A stretch of 38,072 bases of DNA from a virus (Duplodnaviria; Caudoviricetes). Below, piece by piece: positions 9,509-18,253 of this stretch. The notes beneath the pieces were generated by a model. The model was not told the origin of the DNA and did no database searches. It saw nothing but the letters and a program-made list of their open reading frames with translations. Within the stretch, counting starts at the first letter, position 1. The number at the start of each line of letters is the position of its first letter. Where the stretch lies: IMG/VR virus record IMGVR_UViG_3300020043_003485, positions 1 through 38,072 of that record; one strand, written 5' to 3'. Both the position numbers and the translations under genes were made by a program.

Positions 9509-11073
9509 GATTACATGCCCATTTTGGTATGTTGCCAACGGGTGCTTTTGAGCGCCATGGCAATCGTCACATTAAACTACATGGCGGTGGTGGAATTCCT
9601 ATCGTTTCTGATGTGGTTGATGTGGTGGGCGATGTTGTTGAAGGTGTCGGAGATCTAGGTCAAGATGTAATTGATGTGGTTGATGATGCAGGTCATTTTG
9701 TAGATGATGCTGTTAATGATGTAGTTCCTGGTGGCTGGGCAACGGTTGCGGCAGTTACTGCCATTGCTATGGGTATGCCTGCAGATCCGTCTATGTTTGC
9801 TAGTGAGGCCTATACAACTGCTGAGGCTGCGGCTTTAGCAGAAGGAGCAACAGCCGCAGAAGCCGCCGCGGCTGGAGAAGCAGCATACGCCGCCGAAGCC
9901 GCATCTGCCGCCACAGCAACAGAAGGCGGTTTAACCGCTGCAGAAACAATTGCCGCTGAAAATGCCGCAGCAGAAACTGTTGCAGCAGAAACTGCCGCTG
10001 CTACTACTGAATCTGCATTAAATACAGATGCAATTATTAACAACGCCATAAAGGGTGCTGGAAAAGGTGCTGTAACTGGCGGTTTAACAAGCGCAGTAAG
10101 TGGTGGAGACCCTATTGAGGGTGCACTTAGAGGTGCTGTAACTGGTGGTGTTGGTGGTGCCGCGGGCAGTGCAGCAACACAGTATACAGGAAGCAACATT
10201 GCTGGTGGTGTAGCCGGTGGTGTGGCTGGTGGTGGAACTAGTGCTTTGTTAGGAGGCAGAGATCCATTAACTGGAGCTTTAATCGGCGGTCTAACAGGCG
10301 GTACAACCTCCGGAATCAATGAATTAACTGGCTCTAGCTTGGGTTCTTATCTATCTCCAGTAACAGGACAATTAATTTCTGGTCTTGTAAACGGAGACTC
10401 AGGTTCTTCTTTAACCAATACTTTACTTGGCTCTGGAGGCTCAGGCACCACAGGCACCACAGGCATATTGGGCACTACTGGTGCTTCAACATTAAATCCT
10501 TTTGATGTAGGGCAAGGTTCTATTCAAAACCTTACACCAGGATTGACAAAAGCTGATCAAAACTACGAACTATCCGGTCTCCCCCACATGGCTGCTGGTT
10601 CATCAACAAATTCATATAATATTTCCGATTTAGGAAATAAAGACTCATCATACAATCCTTTTGCTGTAGATAAATTTAGCTATGTTAAACCAGGTTTAAC
10701 CCAAGCTAATGTTCGCTATGATTTATCTGGTTTACCTGGTTATCTTTTAGGTAAAAAAGAAGGTGGCTCTATTCCAGGTCATAATCCAGAGTTTTTTAGT
10801 GAAGGTGGTTTACAACACCGCTATGTTAAAGGTCAAGGCGATGGCACAAGTGATAGTGTTCCAGCGATGTTGGCTAGTGGCGAATTTGTTATTCCAGCTG
10901 ATGTGGTCTCAGGACTTGGCAATGGCGACAATGACTCTGGCGCCAAAGTATTAGACGAGTTTTTAAGAACAATTCGTCAGCACAAACGTCGTGCTGATGT
11001 TAAAAAATTACCCCCAGATAGCAAAGGACCATTAGGTTACTTGCTAGAAGCTAAACGTAAAGTGAGAAAATAA
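9505..11073 (+). CDS. Putative ejection/internal virion protein with Gly-zipper segments
   Basis: N-terminal IKLHGGGG, Ala/Glu-rich and GxxxG-rich hydrophobic repeats, and a C-terminal GGL..VKGxGDGTSDSVPAMLASGEFVIPADVV module. Confidence 0.65.
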   Translation: MRLHAHFGMLPTGAFERHGNRHIKLHGGGGIPIVSDVVDVVGDVVEGVGDLGQDVIDVVDDAGHFVDDAVNDVVPGGWATVAAVTAIAMGMPADPSMFASEAYTTAEAAALAEGATAAEAAAAGEAAYAAEAASAATATEGGLTAAETIAAENAAAETVAAETAAATTESALNTDAIINNAIKGAGKGAVTGGLTSAVSGGDPIEGALRGAVTGGVGGAAGSAATQYTGSNIAGGVAGGVAGGGTSALLGGRDPLTGALIGGLTGGTTSGINELTGSSLGSYLSPVTGQLISGLVNGDSGSSLTNTLLGSGGSGTTGTTGILGTTGASTLNPFDVGQGSIQNLTPGLTKADQNYELSGLPHMAAGSSTNSYNISDLGNKDSSYNPFAVDKFSYVKPGLTQANVRYDLSGLPGYLLGKKEGGSIPGHNPEFFSEGGLQHRYVKGQGDGTSDSVPAMLASGEFVIPADVVSGLGNGDNDSGAKVLDEFLRTIRQHKRRADVKKLPPDSKGPLGYLLEAKRKVRK

Positions 11074-11074
11074 A

Positions 11075-12052
11075 ATGGCCGGACTTAGTGATGTTATAGC
11101 CAACACCGCAACCCAAACCACAAGCATGCCTTCGTGGTATGACACAGCACAGCAAAATATTGCTAGTCAAGCTGGTCAAATTGCAGGTGCTGCACCAACC
11201 CCGCAACAGACAGTTGGGCAGGGCGCTGTTAATATGCTATCTGGTGCAACTAACCCATTTACGACAGCAACTAATACAGCACAGCAAATCGCTTCTGGTG
11301 CGGCCTCCCCATGGATTGTAAATTCTACAACAGGTCAAGTAACCCCCGACACGAACACAGCTTTGGGCGGTTTATTTCAAGCACAAAATCAACAGTTGAA
11401 TCAAATGATTCCAAACATAACAGCCACCCCAACGGCTGCTAGTATTGGATCAGGTCAGTTTGGTAGTTTAAGAGGTCAAACGGCTGCAAACAAAGCGATT
11501 GGTGATGCTCAAGCTCAATTATTCACACAGCAAATGCAAGCCGCTTTGAGCAATCAACAAACTGGTGTTCAAGCAGCAAACACAGCTGGCACATTAACTA
11601 AAGATCAATTGAATGCTTTGTTGACCACTGGGCAATATCAACAAGCGGCACCATTCACAAATGTGTCTAACTACCAAAAGATTATTGGTGGTTTGCAAGC
11701 TCCTACAACAGTATCAAACACTACACAACTTTCACCACTAAACCAAATTGCTGGTTTGATTGGTGCTCTTGGCGGACAAACTGGAACTGGTGGTATACTA
11801 GGTTCTTTAGGCGTAAACAACGGTTTGCAAGGTTTGATTAGTGGTGTAGGTAATTTGTTTGGAAGCGTTGGCGATACGTCTACAGCTCCTTATGTTCCTG
11901 GCGGTTCTGGAACACCTAATCCATACATCGATACAGGTTCTACAGATAACCGAGATGTAGGTCAAACAGATACATTAAATCCATACATCGATACAGGCTA
12001 CATGGATAATAGAGATTTTGGAGATGTTGGGTATACTGGAGAGGATATTTAA
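11075..12052 (+). CDS. Putative DNA ejection (pilot) protein
   Basis: Q/A/G/T-rich, with GQFGSLRG and a hydrophobic Gly-rich segment near the C-terminus. Resembles podovirus ejection proteins in composition. Confidence 0.6.
   Translation: MAGLSDVIANTATQTTSMPSWYDTAQQNIASQAGQIAGAAPTPQQTVGQGAVNMLSGATNPFTTATNTAQQIASGAASPWIVNSTTGQVTPDTNTALGGLFQAQNQQLNQMIPNITATPTAASIGSGQFGSLRGQTAANKAIGDAQAQLFTQQMQAALSNQQTGVQAANTAGTLTKDQLNALLTTGQYQQAAPFTNVSNYQKIIGGLQAPTTVSNTTQLSPLNQIAGLIGALGGQTGTGGILGSLGVNNGLQGLISGVGNLFGSVGDTSTAPYVPGGSGTPNPYIDTGSTDNRDVGQTDTLNPYIDTGYMDNRDFGDVGYTGEDI
11918..12016 (+). repeat. Direct repeat with 60-nt period encoding NPYIDTGxxDNRD twice
   Basis: AATCCATACATCGATACAGG occurs at 11918 and 11978. 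Confidence 0.85.
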
Positions 12053-12053
12053 T

Positions 12054-14021
12054 ATGGCAGTACCTGGGTTATCAACAGTATCTACAGACACTCCACCCGT
12101 GGAAGAAAAAGAAACTTCCGCTGGTGGTATGCCACAAACCGTCACTAAAGGACCTCGTGGTGTTAATTATTTAGCTCCTAAAACTACTTTAGTTACTGAT
12201 CCAGAATCACAAACCAGCATATTAGAGAATATGCAGAAGTTTATTACAGAGCGTGAAAGGCAACAGAATAGCTTGTTGTCTGCTTTGAACTACGCTTCTT
12301 TGTATGGTTCTGGTGGCGCAGAAGGTCCATGGAGAGCATTACAAAGTGCTGAAGAACAAGGCAACAAAACTGCTGCTGAGATCTTTAACATGAAGCAAGC
12401 TATTGCTCAACAGCGTGGTGCTCAAGCAACACAGCAAGATTTTATGAAGAGCAACGTATCTCAAGGTTGGTTAGGTATGCCTGCACCAACTGAAGGTGGT
12501 GCCCCAGCTCAAGGTGGTGTTCAAGCGGGTGGTGGTTCTAACTTTATTCCAAAGGATGTTGCGTCCCAGTTCTTAGATATCGCTAAGACAGAAGGCATTC
12601 CTGCAGCTAACAAATTCAAGAGCCAATACATTCAGAAGCAACAAGAATTGGAAACTCAATTCCTCAATAACAAAGCTTCTTATGAGCGTGATATTGGTAT
12701 TATCAATGAGGAAGGTGAATACGAGCTTATCAATGCTATTGAAGCTCGTGACCGTATTAAAAAAGGTGTTGCTAAGTTGGCTCCAGAAAGTGTTGCTAAA
12801 CCAACAACTAAAACTACAACAACAACCACAGCAACCACAGCAACCACAGCGGGTAAACCATCTTTAGCGGCTGTTCAAAATGCTATTTCGGGTCAAGAGT
12901 GGTCTGGTGATAAGGACAAAGCTCCTACAAGCAAAGCGGGTGCTGTAGGACCATCACAAATTACTCCAGATACTTGGGACACTTATGTTTCTAAAGGTAT
13001 TATTCCTAAGTCTTGGAAGATTAATGACCCAGATTTAAACATGGAAGCTGGCAAACTAATCGTTTCTGAGTTATACAAAAAGTATGACGGAAACGTTGAA
13101 AAGATTGCTGCAGAATACTACGGCGGTCCCGGTGCTATTGATAAAGATGGCAACATCAAAACTCAAGTTGGCCCTAAGAAAGGTATTCCTGGTCCAAACA
13201 TTGGTGAATATGTTGACCAAGTTAAAGCTCGTATTGAGCCTACTACACCAGAAGAGAAGAAACCAACAACATACGCTGGAGCAAAGCGTGAGTTTGAATT
13301 AGGTACTGAAGCATCTAAACAAGACATCGCCTCTGATATTAAGAAGCGTGACGAGTGGTTGACAGAAACTAAACTACCAGATCTAGCTGACCAAAGAGCT
13401 ATTAATCGTCGTGTAGTTAAATTAGTTAACGAGAATCCAAACGTCACAGGAGTATTAGCTAACCCAGGTGTTAAGAATGCTATTCTTAATGCCGCTCAAG
13501 AAGGCTTAACTACTCCATTAGGTAAGGTTTCAGTTCATAATTTAGAAGAAACAATTTTCACAGCGTTGGCTGACTCTGTTATTGATACTTCACAACGTCG
13601 TGAATTAGCTTCTTATTTAGCTCGTAACGAATTGAAAGCGTCTCGTTTGATTCAAGGCCAAGGTCAAGTATCTGAACAGGAACGGGAAGTGTTACGTAGA
13701 ATGTCTGGAAGCATTAAAGACCCTGCTGAACTTATTTACAAACGTGCTCGTATTATGGACAAGCGTAATGAGTTTGACCAAGCTACAAGACAGTTGTATG
13801 AGAAGAAAGGCATGAGATCTTTAAGTGCATTACAAAAAGATCCGCAATATCAAGCATTGTTAAAAGCTTATGAAAAAGATTTGGATACTGTGTATAACGA
13901 AAAGGTGGAATTTAGTGCCAACCGAGTAAAACGTCAAACACCTTATTCAGAACATCCGAAAGATATTCAAGATATTCTTAAGCGCAGTAAGCTAATTAAA
14001 CCTAGACAAGAAGGTTCCTAA
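12054..14021 (+). CDS. Putative ejection protein with lytic transglycosylase (SLT-like) domain
   Basis: AISGQEWSG...SKAGAVGPSQITPDTW...DPDLNMEAG...YDGNVEKIAAEYYGGPG matches SLT motifs, preceded by a Thr-rich linker. ATG at 12054 with a GAGGA RBS. Confidence 0.75.
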   Translation: MAVPGLSTVSTDTPPVEEKETSAGGMPQTVTKGPRGVNYLAPKTTLVTDPESQTSILENMQKFITERERQQNSLLSALNYASLYGSGGAEGPWRALQSAEEQGNKTAAEIFNMKQAIAQQRGAQATQQDFMKSNVSQGWLGMPAPTEGGAPAQGGVQAGGGSNFIPKDVASQFLDIAKTEGIPAANKFKSQYIQKQQELETQFLNNKASYERDIGIINEEGEYELINAIEARDRIKKGVAKLAPESVAKPTTKTTTTTTATTATTAGKPSLAAVQNAISGQEWSGDKDKAPTSKAGAVGPSQITPDTWDTYVSKGIIPKSWKINDPDLNMEAGKLIVSELYKKYDGNVEKIAAEYYGGPGAIDKDGNIKTQVGPKKGIPGPNIGEYVDQVKARIEPTTPEEKKPTTYAGAKREFELGTEASKQDIASDIKKRDEWLTETKLPDLADQRAINRRVVKLVNENPNVTGVLANPGVKNAILNAAQEGLTTPLGKVSVHNLEETIFTALADSVIDTSQRRELASYLARNELKASRLIQGQGQVSEQEREVLRRMSGSIKDPAELIYKRARIMDKRNEFDQATRQLYEKKGMRSLSALQKDPQYQALLKAYEKDLDTVYNEKVEFSANRVKRQTPYSEHPKDIQDILKRSKLIKPRQEGS

Positions 14022-14023
14022 AT

Positions 14024-15271
14024 ATGCCTCCTAAGCAATATGATGATATTTATGAGGCTATTCGATTAGCCGATAAAGAAGGTCGCACAGAAGATGTTAA
14101 ACGATTAAGTGAATATCTTGACGAGTTAGCTCGTTCAGATAGAACCACTATGACTCCAAAAGAGTTGCCAATCGGTGAGAAAGTGTCTCCTGAATTGGGC
14201 GCTGCAGTCAGTTCTGGCACTGGCGCTGTATTGATGGGTGGTGGTAGCTTCTACGAAAAAATGAAAAAAGCTGAAGCAAAAAGAACTGCTGAAGCTATTT
14301 CTAAAGCCTTAGCAAACCAGTTTCCTGCAGCGGCTGTTCCTCAAGCTCCAACACTTCCAACGGTTGGTGGTGTTCCTGTAACTCCGTCTTCTCTTCAAGG
14401 TGGCGGTGCTGGTAATTGGAACGCTCAATTGGGTACTAACTTTGCTGGCGCTCAAATGGATAAGGGTAGTTTAGATACTGGCAAACGACTAGCATCAATC
14501 ATTAATCGTGGTGGTGAGTTTGCGGGTGGTAGTTTAACTCCTTCTGGTATTGCTGTTCCCCCAAGCGCCACACCACTACCTGGTGCTGTTCCAAAAGCTC
14601 CTCCTCAAGCTCCGCTATCACTATTACAACGCCTTTACCAAGGTGGTGGTAACATGTTGACTAGAGCGGGACAAGCCGTTGCTCCAGTTATTGAGAAAGC
14701 CGCAGGTATCGCAACACCTCTTATTGGTTATGGTGGTGCTGGTTACAACTTAGCAGATGCATACAACAGATACCAAATTGGTGGCGTTCCTGACGCTCTA
14801 TTACCTTTGTCTGCTGCTGGTGCTGGTGTTACAGCTATGAGAGCTAGAGACCCAAGAATATCAATTCCTGCTGCGGGATACACAGTCTTAGAACCAATGA
14901 TCCAAGATTATTGGGACAAAGTTAAGCGTGGTGAAATTAGACACGAAGCACCAGACTACAGTCATAGCGATCCAATGGGTAGCCAATATGCTACTGGTGG
15001 TTTAGTTTATTTAGCTAAAGGCGGTCACACTACACCAGCTTGGCAACGCAAAGAAGGCAAGAATCCAGAAGGTGGTTTGAACGCTGCGGGTCGTGCATCA
15101 TACAATCGAGAAACTGGTGGTAATTTAAAACGACCACAACCAGAGGGTGGTTCTCGTAGAGATTCATTTTGTGCCAGAATGAAAGGCATGAAGAAGAAAT
15201 TAACATCTGCTGAAACAGCAAACGACCCAGATTCAAGAATTAATAAATCATTACGTGCTTGGAATTGTTAA
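14024..15271 (+). CDS. Putative internal virion protein with C-terminal DUF6321-like basic domain
   Basis: Gly/Ala/Pro-rich body, then YATGGLVYLAKGG, then AWQRKEGKNPEGGLN...RRDSFCARMKG...SRINKSLRAWNC. Confidence 0.65.
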   Translation: MPPKQYDDIYEAIRLADKEGRTEDVKRLSEYLDELARSDRTTMTPKELPIGEKVSPELGAAVSSGTGAVLMGGGSFYEKMKKAEAKRTAEAISKALANQFPAAAVPQAPTLPTVGGVPVTPSSLQGGGAGNWNAQLGTNFAGAQMDKGSLDTGKRLASIINRGGEFAGGSLTPSGIAVPPSATPLPGAVPKAPPQAPLSLLQRLYQGGGNMLTRAGQAVAPVIEKAAGIATPLIGYGGAGYNLADAYNRYQIGGVPDALLPLSAAGAGVTAMRARDPRISIPAAGYTVLEPMIQDYWDKVKRGEIRHEAPDYSHSDPMGSQYATGGLVYLAKGGHTTPAWQRKEGKNPEGGLNAAGRASYNRETGGNLKRPQPEGGSRRDSFCARMKGMKKKLTSAETANDPDSRINKSLRAWNC

Positions 15272-18253
15272 ATGGCTTATGATGCGTTAGGGCAATATGT
15301 TCCAGATGATGCTGTTTCAGTTGATGACATGCGTCATGAGCTGATTGCAAAATCTAAAACACCTCAATTCATTAAAAATTTGGAAGCAATGTATCAGTTG
15401 CTCCCTGGTACTGTAGCAGCAAGAAGTACTGCCCAAGGTGTCAAACCAATGGCAGAGACGGCTGCAACAGTAAGCTCTGGTTTAGTTGCACCTTTCTTGG
15501 GTGTTGCTAAGGGCGTAGGGCAAAACATTCTTCAAGGCACTAATCAAAGAGTAGACCGTCCTGAACTAGCAGAAGCGTTTACTTATCAACCAAGAACCCA
15601 AGTAGGTCAAAACTACATAGAGAATATTATGGGAGCGCTAGACGCTTCTAAATTGCCTCCATATGTTGCCCATGCGGGTCAATTCCGCTTCACTCCTGAC
15701 GACCTTAGAGTAGCTGGTAAAACAGCGGTCTCTGATGTTCGTAACTTCCCAACAGACTTTGCAAATGCTCGTGCTGGATTCCAGCGTGAGTATCCAACAT
15801 TGGGTTCTACTGCAGCTGGTGCTGTAACTAGAGCAGAGCCAATCTTGGAAAAAGGATTATCTATGTACGAGTCTGGTCAGCTAACACCTGGCTTTACTCC
15901 GATCTCAGAAGCCATAAAGCCAAAGGGTGGCAACTGGCCTACTAGTTTGGCTAGACAAGATTTGCCTTTGGTAGAGCAAGGCAACATCGGTGCATTTCTT
16001 CAAGATTCTATAATAAGTCCAGTTAAAACCTATAGGATGTGGCGTGACCAAATAACAAATATTGGTGAAGAAGACAACTGGTATGCGTTTTTAAGGAGAA
16101 ACAATGCTGACGATATCCCATTGGCTGATCCAAGGTATCCAGAATTAGCAAAAACATTTACTGACCTAGTTAACAATCGAGCAAAAACAATTGCTCAATT
16201 AGCTCCAGGCGATGATCCGTTACCGACAATCAAACCATTAGAAGAATTTACTGCGTTATCAGATGCCTATAATAAATGGATTACCGAAGGCCCACATAAA
16301 AAATACATAACAACTCAAATGGGTACTGGAGTTGATACAGATCCAATATTAAAAGCAATTGATGAAGCTAACGTAGATCCGTTTGGCATTAGAGCCAGAG
16401 ATTCCTCATTACAAAGAGAAATGGCGAAGAGAAATGTTGAACTTTCCCGTGATCGCTATGAAAGAGCTAAACATTATTCTGATAAACATCCAGATAGACC
16501 CGATATGTTCCCCCCTCCAGAAACAAATTTGTTTTATCCTGGAGAGGAATTTAACAAAGTTGGAGAACTAACCTCTAAAACTCCAGCGGGACAGTTGCTT
16601 GAAAATCGCCAAGATTTTTATATTCAAGACAATGCTTTTCAATATGACCCTAAATACGCTGAAGCAAGCATTAAAGAAAATTTTCCGTTTTCTCAAAAAT
16701 TAAAACGAGACACCCCAGTTTATGACACACTAACCGTTAGCACTTTAGGGGATCTCGGTCTTGATGACATTCAAAAAACTCTTTTGGCAAAATTAACATC
16801 TGGTGAAATTTCTCCAGAAAAACTCCCCAATGTCTCTGTCGATTCTATTGTAAGAGATATGATCAAGACCAAACAGGAAGCATTGAAAAAAGCTCAAAAG
16901 AGTAAAGAGCTTTACGCTGCTTGGAGACAAAAGAATCACGAAGAAATCCCAGCTGACATTCGTTTTACAGATGACGAAGGCAATCCTACTGGCGATAAAA
17001 TGGTTGTGTTTGATGCCAACATGGCAGAAACTAACCCAGATTTAGTTATTCGTAATTTGTCACAAGACACTAAAGACTTGAATCACTGCGTTGGTTCTTG
17101 CGGTCATGGTACTGCCGAGTATCCAAATCGTCACGTGCCTATGGTTGAACCGCACACTGGAATAACTCCGAAAGGTTCTGACGCTTCTTACGGTCCTAAC
17201 TATATTAGAAAAATTAAAAACGGCGATATTCAAATTGCTTCTTTACGTGGCCCCAATGGTGAGTCTAAAGCTACACTAGAGCTACGACCAGATCACACAT
17301 CAAAGAGTGATGATGATGCTGCTAAGAATTATGCAACTGTAACTTGGCTTCGCCAAAACGCTCCAGATTATCTTCAAGAATATGTAAATAATAAAGTTAA
17401 TGAAACAACTTCTCTTGCAATAAAAATGGCTGCTGATATGTATCCTGAGTTGCAAGATGTTTTAAATAAAATAACAACACCTCCAGATAAATTCAAAATT
17501 GATCAAATCAAAGGTGAAGGTAATGGTAAGTTAAAACCAGAAGATGTTGACTTGGTTAAACGTTGGTTGAATAGTAAAGGCGACCAAATTAAAGACAATC
17601 GCATTTCTGATTTAGATAACTTACCAGGTGTTATTGATTTACGTAATACTCAACCACATGAGATTTCGGACATCTATCAAACCATTCACCCAGACAAGTT
17701 AAATAACTTTTTTGGTTATTTAATAGATAAAAAACTTGAAGGTAATGAGCTTGGTAGAGAAAGATACGCTTCTGGATACCTAAGTCCATTTGAACTGATG
17801 AGCGATGAGGTTCCTCGTTTTGTGACAGTAGATGACTTGAGAAAAGTTGCTGAAAAGAATGGTTATGACATTGAAAGAAGACCAGAAGATAAGAAAACAA
17901 CTGGCGACAAAACAAATGGTCTTAATGAGCAGGACAGATTGATTTTGGAATCGGAGGTCAACAACTTCTTTGATCGGGGACAGTTACCTGATGATTTCGC
18001 AGACTTCTTACCAGACTATCAAGAAGATGTTTTAGCTCTAATAGGTTTTACTGACAATTTTTCTCATCGTTTACCGCAACATATGCACATGGAACTAACA
18101 AGAAAATTGCTTAATCAAGAAGAATACCGAAATTGGATTGAGTCAACTTTACGTGCTGCCGAAACAAGCCAAATCGGTGGGTTGTCTTTATACCAAATGG
18201 AAAACGTAGCCTCTGTTATTAGAAATTGGCTACGCCTCCACCCGTTTGAATAA
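15272..18253 (+). CDS. Large (993 aa) putative injected polyvalent protein with PcfJ-like domain
   Basis: DTKDLNHCVG...IASLRGPNGESKATLE...IDQIKGEGN matches the HCVG/SLR/TxE/QIKG..N pattern of PcfJ-like domains. Last gene of the structural arm. Confidence 0.55.
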   Translation: MAYDALGQYVPDDAVSVDDMRHELIAKSKTPQFIKNLEAMYQLLPGTVAARSTAQGVKPMAETAATVSSGLVAPFLGVAKGVGQNILQGTNQRVDRPELAEAFTYQPRTQVGQNYIENIMGALDASKLPPYVAHAGQFRFTPDDLRVAGKTAVSDVRNFPTDFANARAGFQREYPTLGSTAAGAVTRAEPILEKGLSMYESGQLTPGFTPISEAIKPKGGNWPTSLARQDLPLVEQGNIGAFLQDSIISPVKTYRMWRDQITNIGEEDNWYAFLRRNNADDIPLADPRYPELAKTFTDLVNNRAKTIAQLAPGDDPLPTIKPLEEFTALSDAYNKWITEGPHKKYITTQMGTGVDTDPILKAIDEANVDPFGIRARDSSLQREMAKRNVELSRDRYERAKHYSDKHPDRPDMFPPPETNLFYPGEEFNKVGELTSKTPAGQLLENRQDFYIQDNAFQYDPKYAEASIKENFPFSQKLKRDTPVYDTLTVSTLGDLGLDDIQKTLLAKLTSGEISPEKLPNVSVDSIVRDMIKTKQEALKKAQKSKELYAAWRQKNHEEIPADIRFTDDEGNPTGDKMVVFDANMAETNPDLVIRNLSQDTKDLNHCVGSCGHGTAEYPNRHVPMVEPHTGITPKGSDASYGPNYIRKIKNGDIQIASLRGPNGESKATLELRPDHTSKSDDDAAKNYATVTWLRQNAPDYLQEYVNNKVNETTSLAIKMAADMYPELQDVLNKITTPPDKFKIDQIKGEGNGKLKPEDVDLVKRWLNSKGDQIKDNRISDLDNLPGVIDLRNTQPHEISDIYQTIHPDKLNNFFGYLIDKKLEGNELGRERYASGYLSPFELMSDEVPRFVTVDDLRKVAEKNGYDIERRPEDKKTTGDKTNGLNEQDRLILESEVNNFFDRGQLPDDFADFLPDYQEDVLALIGFTDNFSHRLPQHMHMELTRKLLNQEEYRNWIESTLRAAETSQIGGLSLYQMENVASVIRNWLRLHPFE

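Noticed and set aside
9810-10319. 169-aa antisense Ala/Pro-rich ORF
   Set aside because: Mirror of the Ala/Gly-rich sense gene.
12802-12851. CAACCACAG and ACA microrepeats as a contingency locus or array
   Set aside because: In-frame repeats encoding a Thr-rich linker before the SLT domain. No spacers, no frameshift potential.
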